A stretch of DNA of 64,000 nt. Source: Auanema rhodensis (Eukaryota > Animalia > Nematoda). The notes beneath the pieces are model-generated. The model was not told the origin of the DNA. It ran no database searches and was given only the letters and a program-made list of their open reading frames with translations. The position numbers and the translations under genes were made by a program. The DNA lies in NCBI GenBank assembly GCA_964057225.1, contig OZ059900.1, forward strand, positions 25,854,001 to 25,918,000, in the 5' to 3' direction. How positions within the stretch are numbered: position 1 is the stretch's first letter; each line of letters starts with the position of its first letter. Below are positions 24,287 through 39,200 of this stretch, piece after piece.

Positions 24287-27200
24287 ATGGGAAATACTGT
24301 GTTTTTGTATTTTTCTAGTGTTCAGCAGGTAAAATGCTTCATTTTAGTATGTAACACGCTGAAATTCGTTGCATTTGACGACTCATATGAACAAAAATCG
24401 ATTTAATCAATATTAGCCATAAGGGGCGTGCCCTCAGAATATGCTAATTTCCTTAATTTTCTAACCCCTGTTTTTTTGTCGTGAAAGTGGAACTAGACGT
24501 TGTACGAACAATTTTGAGCTAGGTTTCATTGACATTGCATCAGTTTGAACACATGAAATCGTAAGTCAAAACCTTGTTTACAGCGAAATTTCCAAAAACT
24601 GGTTTTCCAGCATAATAAAATATTTCTCATGGGAAATACTGTGTTTTTGTATTTTTCTAGTGTTCAGCATGTAAAATGCTTCATTTTAGTATGTAACACG
24701 CTGAAATTCGTTGCATTTGACGACTCATATGAACAAAAATCGATTTAATCAATATTAGCCATAAGGGGCGTGCCCTCAGAATATGCTAATTTCCTTAATT
24801 TTCTAACCCCTGTTTTTTTGTCGTGAAAGTGGAACTAGACGTTGTACGAACAATTTTGAGCTAGGTTTCATTGACATTGCATGAGTTTGAACACATGAAA
24901 TCGTAAGTCAAAACCTTGTTTACAGCGAAATTTCCAAAAACTGGTTTTCCAGCATAATAAAATATTTCTCATGGGAAATACTGTGTTTTTGTATTTTTCT
25001 AGTGTTCAGCAGGTAAAATGCTTCATTTTAGTATGTAACACGCTGAAATTCGTTGCATTTGACGACTCATATGAACAAAAATCGATTTAATCAATATTAG
25101 CCATAAGGGGCGTGCCCTCAGAATATGCTAATTTCCTTAATTTTCTAACCCCTGTTTTTTTGTCGTGAAAGTGGAACTAGACGTTGTACGAACAATTTTG
25201 AGCTAGGTTTCATTGACATTGCATGAGTTTGAACACATGAAATCGTAAGTCAAAACCTTGTTTACAGCGAAATTTCCAAAAACTGGTTTTCCAGCATAAT
25301 AAAATATTTCTCATGGGAAAAACTGTGTTTTTGTATTTTTCTAGTGTTCAGCATGTAAAATGCTTCATTTTAGTATGTAACACGCTGAAATTTGTTGCAT
25401 TTGACGACTCATATGAACAAAACTCGATTTAATCAATATTAGCCATAAGGGGCGTGCCCTCAGAATATGCTAATTTCCTTAATTTTCTAACCCCTGTTTT
25501 TTTGTCGTGAAAGTGGAACTAGACGTTGTACGAACAATTTTGAGCTAGGTTTCATTGACATTGCATGAGTTTGAACACATGAAATCGTAAGTCAAAACCT
25601 TGTTCACAGCGAAATTTCCAAAAACTGGTTTTCCAGCATAATAAAATATTTCTCAAGGAAAAAACTGTGTTTTTATATTTTTCTAGTGTTCAGCATGTGA
25701 AATGCTTTATTTTAGTATGTAACACGCTGAAATTTGTTGCATTTGACGACTCATATGAACAAAAATCGATTTAATCAATATTAGCCATAAGGGGCGTGCC
25801 CTCAGAATATGCTAATTTCCTTAATTTTCTAACCCCTGTTTTTTTGTCGTGAAAGTGGAACTAGACGTTGTACGAACAATTTTGAGCTAGGTTTCATTGA
25901 CATTGCATGAGTTTGAACACATGAAATCGTAAGTCAAAACCTTGTTTACAGCGAAATTTCCAAAAACTGGTTTTCCAGCATAATACAATATTTCTCATGG
26001 GAAATACTGTGTTTTTGTATTTTTCTAGTGTTCAGAATGTAGAATGCTTCATTTTGATATGTAAAACGCTGAAATTCGTTGCATTTGACGACTCATATGA
26101 ACAAAAATCGATTTTATCAATATTAGCCATAAGGGGCGTGCCCTCAGAATATGCTAATTTCCTTAATTTTCTAAACCCTGTTTTTTTGTCGTGAAAGTGG
26201 AACTAGACGTTGTACGAACAATTTTGAGCTAGGTTTCATTGACATTGCATGAGTTTGAACACATGAAATCGTAAGTCAAAACCTTGTTTACAGCGAAATT
26301 TCCAAAAACTGGTTTTCCAGCATAATAAAATATTTCTCATGGGAAAAACTGTGTTTTTGTATTTTTCTAGTGTTCAGCATGTAAAATGCTTCATTTTAGT
26401 ATGTAACACGCTGAAATTTGTTGCATTTGACGACTCATATGAACAAAAATCGATTTAATCAATATTAGCCATAAGGGGCGTGCCCTCAGAATATGCTAAT
26501 TTCCTTAATTTTCTAACCCCTGTTTTTTTGTCGTGAAAGTGGAACTAGACGTTGTACGAACAATTTTGAGCTAGGTTTCATTGACATTGCATGAGTTTGA
26601 ACACATGAAATCGTAAGTCAAAACCTTGTTCACAGCGAAATTTCCAAAAACTGGTTTTCCAGCATAATAAAATATTTCTCATGGGAAATACTGTGTTTTT
26701 GTATTTTTCTAGTGTTCAGCATGTAAAATGCTTCATTTTAGTATGTAACACGCTGAAATTCGTTGCACTTGACGACTCATATGAACAAAAATCGATTTAA
26801 TCAATATTAGCCATAAGGGGCGTGCCCTCAGAATATGCTAATTTCCTTAATTTTCTAACCCCTGTTTTTTTGTTGTGAAAGTGGAACTAGACGTTGTACG
26901 AACAATTTTGAGCTAGGTTTCATTGACATTGCATCAGTTTGAACACATGAAATCGTAAGTCAAAACCTTGTTTACAGCGAAATTTCCAAAAACTGGTTTT
27001 CCAGCATAATAAAATATTTCTCATGGGAAATACTGTGTTTTTGTTTTTTTCTAGTGTTCAACATGTAAAATGCTTCATTTTAGTATGTAACACGCTGAAA
27101 TTCGTTGCATTTGACGACTCATATGAACAAAAATCGATTTAATCAATATTAGCCATAAGGGGCGTGCCCTCAGAATATGCTAATTTCCTTAATTTTCTAA

Positions 27201-30200
27201 CCCCTGTTTTTTTGTCGTGAAAGTGGAACTAGACGTTGTACGAACAATTTTGAGCTAGGTTTCATTGACATTGCATGAGTTTGAACACATGAAATCGTAA
27301 GTCAAAACCTTGTTTACAGCGAAATTTCCAAAAACTGGTTTTCCAGCATAATAAAATATTTCTCATGGGAACTACTGTGTTTTTGTATTTTTCTAGTGTT
27401 CAGCATGTGAAATGCTTCATTTTAGTATGTAACACGCTGAAATTCGTTGCATTTGACGACTCATATGAACAAAAATCGATTTAATCAATATTAGCCATAA
27501 GGGGCGTGCCCTCAGAATATGCTAATTTCCTTAATTTTCTAACCCCTGTTTTTTTGTCGTGAAAGTGGAACTAGACGTTGTACGAACAATTTTGAGCTAG
27601 GTTTCATTGACATTGCATGAGTTTGAACACATGAAATCGTAAGTCAAAACCTTGTTTACAGCGAAATTTCCAAAAACTGGTTTTCCAGCATAATAAAATA
27701 TTTCTCATGGGAAATACTGTGTTTTTGTATTTTTCTAGTGTTCAGCATGTAAAATGCTTCATTTTAGTATGTAACACGCTGAAATTCGTTGCATTTGACG
27801 ACTCATATGAACAAAAATCGATTTAATCAATATTAGCCATAAGGGGCGTGCCCTCAGAATATGCTAATTTCCTTAATTTTCTAAACCCTGTTTTTTTGTC
27901 GTGAAAGTGGAACTAGACGTTGTACGAACAATTTTGAGCTAGGTTTCATTGACATTGCATGAGTTTGAACACATGAAATCGTAAGTCAAAACCTTGTTTA
28001 CAGCGAAATTTCCAAAAACTGGTTTTCCAGCATAATAAAATATTTCTCATGGGAAATACTGTGTTTTTGTATTTTTCTAGTGTTCAGCATGTAAAATGCT
28101 TCATTTTAGTATGTAACACGCTGAAATTCGTTGCACTTGACGACTCATATGAACAAAAATCGATTTAATCAATATTAGCCATAAGGGGCGTGCCCTCAGA
28201 ATATGCTAATTTCCTTAATTTTCTAACCCCTGTTTTTTTGTCGTGAAAGTGGAACTAGACGTTGTACGAACAATTTTGAGCTAGGTTTCATTGACATTGC
28301 ATCAGTTTGAACACATGAAATCGTAAGTCAAAACCTTGTTTACAGCGAAATTTCCAAAAACTGGTTTTCCAGCATAATAAAATATTTCTCATGGGAAATA
28401 CTGTGTTTTTGTTTTTTTCTAGTGTTCAACATGTAAAATGCTTCATTTTAGTATGTAACACGCTGAAATTCGTTGCATTTGACGACTCATATGAACAAAA
28501 ATCGATTTAATCAATATTAGCCATAAGGGGCGTGCCCTCAGAATATGCTAATTTCCTTAATTTTCTAACCCCTGTTTTTTTGTCGTGAAAGTGGAACTAG
28601 ACGTTGTACGAACAATTTTGAGCTAGGTTTCATTGACATTGCATGAGTTTGAACACATGAAATCGTAAGTCAAAACCTTGTTTACAGCGAAATTTCCAAA
28701 AACTGGTTTTCCAGCATAATAAAATATTTCTCATGGGAAATACTGTGTTTTTGTATTTTTCTAGTGTTCAGCATGTGAAATGCTTCATTTTAGTATGTAA
28801 CACGCTGAAATTCGTTGCATTTGACGACTCATATGAACAAAAATCGATTTAATCAATATTAGCCATAAGGGGCGTGCCCTCAGAATATGCTAATTTCCTT
28901 AATTTTCTAACCCCTGTTTTTTTGTCGTGAAAGTGGAACTAGACGTTGTACGAACAATTTTGAGCTAGGTTTCATTGACATTGCATGAGTTTGAACACAT
29001 GAAATCGTAAGTCAAAACCTTGTTTACAGCGAAATTTCCAAAAACTGGTTTTCCAGCATAATAAAATATTTCTCATGGGAAATACTGTGTTTTTGTTTTT
29101 TTCTAGTGTTCAACATGTAAAATGCTTCATTTTAGTATGTAACACGCTGAAATTCGTTGCATTTGACGACTCATATGAACAAAAATCGATTTAATCAATA
29201 TTAGCCATAAGGGGCGTGCCCTCAGAATATGCTAATTTCCTTAATTTTCTAACCCCTGTTTTTTTGTCGTGAAAGTGGAACTAGACGTTGTACGAACAAT
29301 TTTGAGCTAGGTTTCATTGACATTGCATGAGTTTGAACACATGAAATCGTAAGTCAAAACCTTGTTTACAGCGAAATTTCCAAAAACTGGTTTTCCAGCA
29401 TAATAAAATATTTCTCATGGGAAATACTGTGTTTTTGTATTTTTCTAGTGTTCAGCATGTGAAATGCTTCATTTTAGTATGTAACACGCTGAAATTCGTT
29501 GCATTTGACGACTCATATGAACAAAAATCGATTTAATCAATATTAGCCATAAGGGGCGTGCCCTCAGAATATGCTAATTTCCTTAATTTTCTAACCCCTG
29601 TTTTTTTGTCGTGAAAGTGGAACTAGACGTTGTACGAACAATTTTGAGCTAGGTTTCATTGACATTGCATGAGTTTGAACACATGAAATCGTAAGTCAAA
29701 ACCTTGTTTACAGCGAAATTTCCAAAAACTGGTTTTCCAGCATAATAAAATATTTCTCATGGGAAATACTGTGTTTTTGTATTTTTCTAGTGTTCAGCAT
29801 GTAAAATGCTTCATTTTAGTATGTAACACGCTGAAATTCGTTGCATTTGACGACTCATATGAACAAAAATCGATTTAATCAATATTAGCCATAAGGGGCG
29901 TGCCCTCAGAATATGCTAATTTCCTTAATTTTCTAAACCCTGTTTTTTTGTCGTGAAAGTGGAACTAGACGTTGTACGAACAATTTTGAGCTAGGTTTCA
30001 TTGACATTGCATGAGTTTGAACACATGAAATCGTAAGTCAAAACCTTGTTTACAGCGAAATTTCCAAAAACTGGTTTTCCAGCATAATAAAATATTTCTC
30101 ATGGGAAATACTGTGTTTTTGTATTTTTCTAGTGTTCACCATGTAAAATGCTTTATTTTAGTATGTAACACGCTGAAATTCGTTGCATTTGACGACTCAT

Positions 30201-33178
30201 ATGAACAAAAATCGATTTAATCAATATTAGCCATAAGGGGCGTGCCCTCAGAATATGCTAATTTCCTTAATTTTCTAACCCCTGTTTTTTTGTCGTGAAA
30301 GTGGAACAAGACGTTGTACGAACAATTTTGAGCTAGGTTTCATTGACATTGCATGAGTTTGAACACATGAAATCGTAAGTCAAAACCTTGTTTACAGCGA
30401 AATTTCCAAAAACTGGTTTTCCAGCATAGTAAAATATTTCTCATGGGAAATACTGTGTTTTTGTATTTTTCTAGTGTTCAGCATGTAAAATGCTTCATTT
30501 TAGTATGTAACACGCTGAAATTCGTTGCATTTGACGACTCATATGAACAAAAATCGATTTAATCAATATTAGCCATAAGGGGCGTGCCCTCAGAATATGC
30601 TAATTTCCTTAATTTTCTAACCCCTGTTTTTTTGTCGTGAAAGTGGAACTAGACGTTGTACGAACAATTTTGAGCTAGGTTTCATTGACATTGCATCAGT
30701 TTGAACACATGAAATCGTAAGTCAAAACCTTGTTTACAGCGAAATTTCCAAAAACTGGTTTTCCAGCATAATAAAATATTTCTCATGGGAAATACTGTGT
30801 TTTTGTATTTTTCTAGTGTTCAGCATGTAAAATGCTTTATTTTAGTATGTAACACGCTGAAATTCGTTGCATTTGACGACTCATATGAACAAAAATCGAT
30901 TTAATCAATATTAGCCATAAGGGGCGTGCCCTCAGAATATGCTAATTTCCTTAATTTTCTAACCCCTGTTTTTTTGTCGTGAAAGTGGAACAAGACGTTG
31001 TACGAACAATTTTGAGCTAGGTTTCATTGACATTGCATGAGTTTGAACACATGAAATCGTAAGTCAAAACCTTGTTTACAGCGAAATTTCCAAAAACTGG
31101 TTTTCCAGCATAGTAAAATATTTCTCATGGGAAATACTGTGTTTTTGTATTTTTCTAGTGTTCAGCAGGTAAAATGCTTCATTTTAGTATGTAACACGCT
31201 GAAATTCGTTGCATTTGACGACTCATATGAACAAAAATCGATTTAATCAATATTAGCCATAAGGGGCGTGCCCTCAGAATATGCTAATTTCCTTAATTTT
31301 CTAACCCCTGTTTTTTTGTCGTGAAAGTGGAACTAAACGTTGTACGAACAATTTTGAGCTAGGTTTCATTGACATTGCATGAGTTTGAACACATGAAATC
31401 GTAAGTCAAAACCTTGTTTACAGCGAAATTTCCAAAAACTGGTTTTCCAGCATAATAAAATATTTCTCATGGGAAAAACTGTGTTTTTGTATTTTTCTAG
31501 TGTTCAGCATGTAAAATGCTTCATTTTAGTATGTAACACGCTGAAATTTGTTGCATTTGACGACTCATATGAACAAAAATCGATTTAATCAATATTAGCC
31601 ATAAGGGGCGTGCCCTCAGAATATGCTAATTTCCTTAATTTTCTAACCCCTGTTTTTTTGTCGTGAAAGTGGAACTAGACGTTGTACGAACAATTTTGAG
31701 CTAGGTTTCATTGACATTGCATCAGTTTGAACACATGAAATCGTAAGTCAAAACCTTGTTTACAGCGAAATTTCCAAAAACTGGTTTTCCAGCATAATAA
31801 AATATTTCTCATGGGAAATACTGTGTTTTTGTATTTTTCTAGTGTTCAGCATGTAAAATGCTTTATTTTAGTATGTAACACGCTGAAATTCGTTGCATTT
31901 GACGACTCATATGAACAAAAATCGATTTAATCAATATTAGCCATAAGGGGCGTGCCCTCAGAATATGCTAATTTCCTTAATTTTCTAACCCCTGTTTTTT
32001 TGTCGTGAAAGTGGAACTAGACGTTGTACGAACAATTTTGAGCTAGGTTTCATTGACATTGCATGAGTTTGAACACATGAAATCGTAAGTCAAAACCTTG
32101 TTTACAGCGAAATTTCCAAAAACTGGTTTTCCAGCATAATAAAATATTTCTCATGGGAAATACTGTGTTTTTGTATTTTTCTAGTGTTCAGCAGGTAAAA
32201 TGCTTCATTTTAGTATGTAACACGCTGAAATTCGTTGCATTTGACGACTCATATGAACAAAAATCGATTTAATCAATATTAGCCATAAGGGGCGTGCCCT
32301 CAGAATATGCTAATTTCCTTAATTTTCTAACCCCTGTTTTTTTGTCGTGAAAGTGGAACTAGACGTTGTACGAACAATTTTGAGCTAGGTTTCATTGACA
32401 TTGCATGAGTTTGAACACATGAAATCGTAAGTCAAAACCTTGTTTACAGCGAAATTTCCAAAAACTGGTTTTCCAGCATAATAAAATATTTCTCATGGGA
32501 AAAACTGTGTTTTTGTATTTTTCTAGTGTTCAGCATGTAAAATGCTTCATTTTAGTATGTAACACGCTGAAATTTGTTGCATTTGACGACTCATATGAAC
32601 AAAAATCGATTTAATCAATATTAGCCATAAGGGGCGTGCCCTCAGAATATGCTAATTTCCTTAATTTTCTAACCCCTGTTTTTTTGTCGTGAAAGTGGAA
32701 CTAGACGTTGTACGAACAATTTTGAGCTAGGTTTCATTGACATTGCATGAGTTTGAACACATGAAATCGTAAGTCAAAACCTTGTTCACAGCGAAATTTC
32801 CAAAAACTGGTTTTCCAGCATAATAAAATATTTCTCATGGGAAATACTGTGTTTTTGTATTTTTCTAGTGTTCAGCATGTAAAATGCTTCATTTTAGTAT
32901 GTAACACGCTGAAATTCGTTGCACTTGACGACTCATATGAACAAAAATCGATTTAATCAATATTAGCCATAAGGGGCGTGCCCTCAGAATATGCTAATTT
33001 CCTTAATTTTCTAACCCCTGTTTTTTTGTCGTGAAAGTGGAACTAGACGTTGTACGAACAATTTTGAGCTAGGTTTCATTGACATTGCATCAGTTTGAAC
33101 ACATGAAATCGTAAGTCAAAACCTTGTTTACAGCGAAATTTCCAAAAACTGGTTTTCCAGCATAATAAAATATTTCTC

Positions 33179-36100
33179 ATGGGAAATACTGTGTTTTTGT
33201 TTTTTTCTAGTGTTCAACATGTAAAATGCTTCATTTTAGTATGTAACACGCTGAAATTCGTTGCATTTGACGACTCATATGAACAAAAATCGATTTAATC
33301 AATATTAGCCATAAGGGGCGTGCCCTCAGAATATGCTAATTTCCTTAATTTTCTAACCCCTGTTTTTTTGTCGTGAAAGTGGAACTAGACGTTGTACGAA
33401 CAATTTTGAGCTAGGTTTCATTGACATTGCATGAGTTTGAACACATGAAATCGTAAGTCAAAACCTTGTTTACAGCGAAATTTCCAAAAACTGGTTTTCC
33501 AGCATAATAAAATATTTCTCATGGGAAATACTGTGTTTTTGTATTTTTCTAGTGTTCAGCATGTGAAATGCTTCATTTTAGTATGTAACACGCTGAAATT
33601 CGTTGCATTTGACGACTCATATGAACAAAAATCGATTTAATCAATATTAGCCATAAGGGGCGTGCCCTCAGAATATGCTAATTTCCTTAATTTTCTAACC
33701 CCTGTTTTTTTGTCGTGAAAGTGGAACTAGACGTTGTACGAACAATTTTGAGCTAGGTTTCATTGACATTGCATGAGTTTGAACACATGAAATCGTAAGT
33801 CAAAACCTTGTTTACAGCGAAATTTCCAAAAACTGGTTTTCCAGCATAATAAAATATTTCTCATGGGAAATACTGTGTTTTTGTATTTTTCTAGTGTTCA
33901 GCATGTAAAATGCTTCATTTTAGTATGTAACACGCTGAAATTCGTTGCATTTGACGACTCATATGAACAAAAATCGATTTTATCAATATTAGCCATAAGG
34001 GGCGTGCCCTCAGAATATGCTAATTTCCTTAATTTTCTAACCCCTGTTTTTTTGTCGTGAAAGTGGAACTAGACGTTGTACGAACAATTTTGAGCTAGGT
34101 TTCATTGACATTGCATCAGTTTGAACACATGAAATCGTAAGTCAAAACCTTGTTTACAGCGAAATTTCCAAAAACTGGTTTTCCAGCATAATAAAATATT
34201 TCTCATGGGAAATACTGTGTTTTTGTTTTTTTCTAGTGTTCAACATGTAAAATGCTTCATTTTAGTATGTAACACGCTGAAATTCGTTGCATTTGACGAC
34301 TCATATGAACAAAAATCGATTTAATCAATATTAGCCATAAGGGGCGTGCCCTCAGAATATGCTAATTTCCTTAATTTTCTAACCCCTGTTTTTTTGTCGT
34401 GAAAGTGGAACTAGACGTTGTACGAACAATTTTGAGCTAGGTTTCATTGACATTGCATGAGTTTGAACACATGAAATCGTAAGTCAAAACCTTGTTTACA
34501 GCGAAATTTCCAAAAACTGGTTTTCCAGCATAATAAAATATTTCTCATGGGAAATACTGTGTTTTTGTATTTTTCTAGTGTTCAGCATGTGAAATGCTTC
34601 ATTTTAGTATGTAACACGCTGAAATTCGTTGCATTTGACGACTCATATGAACAAAAATCGATTTAATCAATATTAGCCATAAGGGGCGTGCCCTCAGAAT
34701 ATGCTAATTTCCTTAATTTTCTAACCCCTGTTTTTTTGTCGTGAAAGTGGAACTAGACGTTGTACGAACAATTTTGAGCTAGGTTTCATTGACATTGCAT
34801 GAGTTTGAACACATGAAATCGTAAGTCAAAACCTTGTTTACAGCGAAATTTCCAAAAACTGGTTTTCCAGCATAATAAAATATTTCTCATGGGAAATACT
34901 GTGTTTTTGTATTTTTCTAGTGTTCAGCATGTAAAATGCTTCATTTTAGTATGTAACACGCTGAAATTCGTTGCATTTGACGACTCATATGAACAAAAAT
35001 CGATTTTATCAATATTAGCCATAAGGGGCGTGCCCTCAGAATATGCTAATTTCCTTAATTTTCTAACCCCTGTTTTTTTGTCGTGAAAGTGGAACTAGAC
35101 GTTGTACGAACAATTTTGAGCTAGGTTTCATTGACATTGCATCAGTTTGAACACATGAAATCGTAAGTCAAAACCTTGTTTACAGCGAAATTTCCAAAAA
35201 CTGGTTTTCCAGCATAATAAAATATTTCTCATGGGAAATACTGTGTTTTTGTTTTTTTCTAGTGTTCAACATGTAAAATGCTTCATTTTAGTATGTAACA
35301 CGCTGAAATTCGTTGCATTTGACGACTCATATGAACAAAAATCGATTTAATCAATATTAGCCATAAGGGGCGTGCCCTCAGAATATGCTAATTTCCTTAA
35401 TTTTCTAACCCCTGTTTTTTTGTCGTGAAAGTGGAACTAGACGTTGTACGAACAATTTTGAGCTAGGTTTCATTGACATTGCATGAGTTTGAACACATGA
35501 AATCGTAAGTCAAAACCTTGTTTACAGCGAAATTTCCAAAAACTGGTTTTCCAGCATAATAAAATATTTCTCATGGGAAATACTGTGTTTTTGTATTTTT
35601 CTAGTGTTCAGCATGTGAAATGCTTCATTTTAGTATGTAACACGCTGAAATTCGTTGCATTTGACGACTCATATGAACAAAAATCGATTTAATCAATATT
35701 AGCCATAAGGGGCGTGCCCTCAGAATATGCTAATTTCCTTAATTTTCTAACCCCTGTTTTTTTGTCGTGAAAGTGGAACTAGACGTTGTACGAACAATTT
35801 TGAGCTAGGTTTCATTGACATTGCATGAGTTTGAACACATGAAATCGTAAGTCAAAACCTTGTTTACAGCGAAATTTCCAAAAACTGGTTTTCCAGCATA
35901 ATAAAATATTTCTCATGGGAAATACTGTGTTTTTGTATTTTTCTAGTGTTCAGCATGTAAAATGCTTCATTTTAGTATGTAACACGCTGAAATTCGTTGC
36001 ATTTGACGACTCATATGAACAAAAATCGATTTAATCAATATTAGCCATAAGGGGCGTGCCCTCAGAATATGCTAATTTCCTTAATTTTCTAAACCCTGTT

Positions 36101-36256
36101 TTTTTGTCGTGAAAGTGGAACTAGACGTTGTACGAACAATTTTGAGCTAGGTTTCATTGACATTGCATGAGTTTGAACACATGAAATCGTAAGTCAAAAC
36201 CTTGTTTACAGCGAAATTTCCAAAAACTGGTTTTCCAGCATAATAAAATATTTCTC
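33179..36256. repeat. Local trimer (1026-bp) repeat, ~3 copies
   Basis: The order [TTGTTTTTTTCTAG/CAACAT monomer]-[GTGAAATG monomer]-[third monomer] occurs at 33179, 34205 and 35231. ORFs at 33863 and 34889 are 1026 apart. The third monomer of the last copy differs. Confidence 0.8.
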
Positions 36257-39200
36257 ATGGGAAATACTGTGTTTTTGTATTTTTCTAGTGTTCAGCATGT
36301 GAAATGCTTCATTTTAGTATGTAACACGCTGAAATTCGTTGCATTTGACGACTCATATGAACAAAAATCGATTTAATCAATATTAGCCATAAGGGGCGTG
36401 CCCTCAGAATATGCTAATTTCCTTAATTTTCTAACCCCTGTTTTTTTGTCGTGAAAGTGGAACTAGACGTTGTACGAACAATTTTGAGCTAGGTTTCATT
36501 GACATTGCATGAGTTTGAACACATGAAATCGTAAGTCAAAACCTTGTTTACAGCGAAATTTCCAAAAACTGGTTTTCCAGCATAATAAAATATTTCTCAT
36601 GGGAAATACTGTGTTTTTGTATTTTTCTAGTGTTCAGCAGGTAAAATGCTTCATTTTAGTATGTAACACGCTGAAATTCGTTGCATTTGACGACTCATAT
36701 GAACAAAAATCGATTTAATCAATATTAGCCATAAGGGGCGTGCCCTCAGAATATGCTAATTTCCTTAATTTTCTAACCCCTGTTTTTTTGTCGTGAAAGT
36801 GGAACTAGACGTTGTACGAACAATTTTGAGCTAGGTTTCATTGACATTGCATGAGTTTGAACACATGAAATCGTAAGTCAAAACCTTGTTTACAGCGAAA
36901 TTTCCAAAAACTGGTTTTCCAGCATAATAAAATATTTCTCATGGGAAAAACTGTGTTTTTGTATTTTTCTAGTGTTCAGCATGTAAAATGCTTCATTTTA
37001 GTATGTAACACGCTGAAATTTGTTGCATTTGACGACTCATATGAACAAAAATCGATTTAATCAATATTAGCCATAAGGGGCGTGCCCTCAGAATATGCTA
37101 ATTTCCTTAATTTTCTAACCCCTGTTTTTTTGTCGTGAAAGTGGAACTAGACGTTGTACGAACAATTTTGAGCTAGGTTTCATTGACATTGCATCAGTTT
37201 GAACACATGAAATCGTAAGTCAAAACCTTGTTTACAGCGAAATTTCCAAAAACTGGTTTTCCAGCATAATAAAATATTTCTCATGGGAAATACTGTGTTT
37301 TTGTATTTTTCTAGTGTTCAGCATGTAAAATGCTTTATTTTAGTATGTAACACGCTGAAATTCGTTGCATTTGACGACTCATATGAACAAAAATCGATTT
37401 AATCAATATTAGCCATAAGGGGCGTGCCCTCAGAATATGCTAATTTCCTTAATTTTCTAACCCCTGTTTTTTTGTCGTGAAAGTGGAACTAGACGTTGTA
37501 CGAACAATTTTGAGCTAGGTTTCATTGACATTGCATGAGTTTGAACACATGAAATCGTAAGTCAAAACCTTGTTTACAGCGAAATTTCCAAAAACTGGTT
37601 TTCCAGCATAATAAAATATTTCTCATGGGAAAAACTGTGTTTTTGTATTTTTCTAGTGTTCAGCATGTAAAATGCTTCATTTTAGTATGTAACACGCTGA
37701 AATTTGTTGCATTTGACGACTCATATGAACAAAAATCGATTTAATCAATATTAGCCATAAGGGGCGTGCCCTCAGAATATGCTAATTTCCTTAATTTTCT
37801 AACCCCTGTTTTTTTGTCGTGAAAGTGGAACTAGACGTTGTACGAACAATTTTGAGCTAGGTTTCATTGACATTGCATGAGTTTGAACACATGAAATCGT
37901 AAGTCAAAACCTTGTTCACAGCGAAATTTCCAAAAACTGGTTTTCCAGCATAATAAAATATTTCTCAAGGGAAAAACTGTGTTTTTATATTTTTCTAGTG
38001 TTCAGCATGTGAAATGCTTTATTTTAGTATGTAACACGCTGAAATTTGTTGCATTTGACGACTCATATGAACAAAAATCGATTTAATCAATATTAGCCAT
38101 AAGGGGCGTGCCCTCAGAATATGCTAATTTCCTTAATTTTCTAACCCCTGTTTTTTTGTCGTGAAAGTGGAACTAGACGTTGTACGAACAATTTTGAGCT
38201 AGGTTTCATTGACATTGCATGAGTTTGAACACATGAAATCGTAAGTCAAAACCTTGTTTACAGCGAAATTTCCAAAAACTGGTTTTCCAGCATAATACAA
38301 TATTTCTCATGGGAAATACTGTGTTTTTGTATTTTTCTAGTGTTCAGAATGTAGAATGCTTCATTTTGATATGTAAAACGCTGAAATTCGTTGCATTTGA
38401 CGACTCATATGAACAAAAATCGATTTTATCAATATTAGCCATAAGGGGCGTGCCCTCAGAATATGCTAATTTCCTTAATTTTCTAAACCCTGTTTTTTTG
38501 TCGTGAAAGTGGAACTAGACGTTGTACGAACAATTTTGAGCTAGGTTTCATTGACATTGCATGAGTTTGAACACATGAAATCGTAAGTCAAAACCTTGTT
38601 TACAGCGAAATTTCCAAAAACTGGTTTTCCAGCATAATACAATATTTCTCATGGGAAATACTGTGTTTTTGTATTTTTCTAGTGTTCAGAATGTAGAATG
38701 CTTCATTTTGATATGTAAAACGCTGAAATTCGTTGCATTTGACGACTCATATGAACAAAAATCGATTTTATCAATATTAGCCATAAGGGGCGTGCCCTCA
38801 GAATATGCTAATTTCCTTAATTTTCTAAACCCTGTTTTTTTGTCGTGAAAGTGGAACTAGACGTTGTACGAACAATTTTGAGCTAGGTTTCATTGACATT
38901 GCATGAGTTTGAACACATGAAATCGTAAGTCAAAACCTTGTTTACAGCGAAATTTCCAAAAACTGGTTTTCCAGCATAATAAAATATTTCTCATGGGAAA
39001 AACTGTGTTTTTGTATTTTTCTAGTGTTCAGCATGTAAAATGGTTCATTTTAGTATGTAACACGCTGAAATTCGTTGCACTTGACGACTCATATGAACAA
39101 AAATCGATTTAATCAATATTAGCCATAAGGGGCGTGCCCTCAGAATATGCTAATTTCCTTAATTTTCTAACCCCTGTTTTTTTGTCGTGAAAGTGGAACT

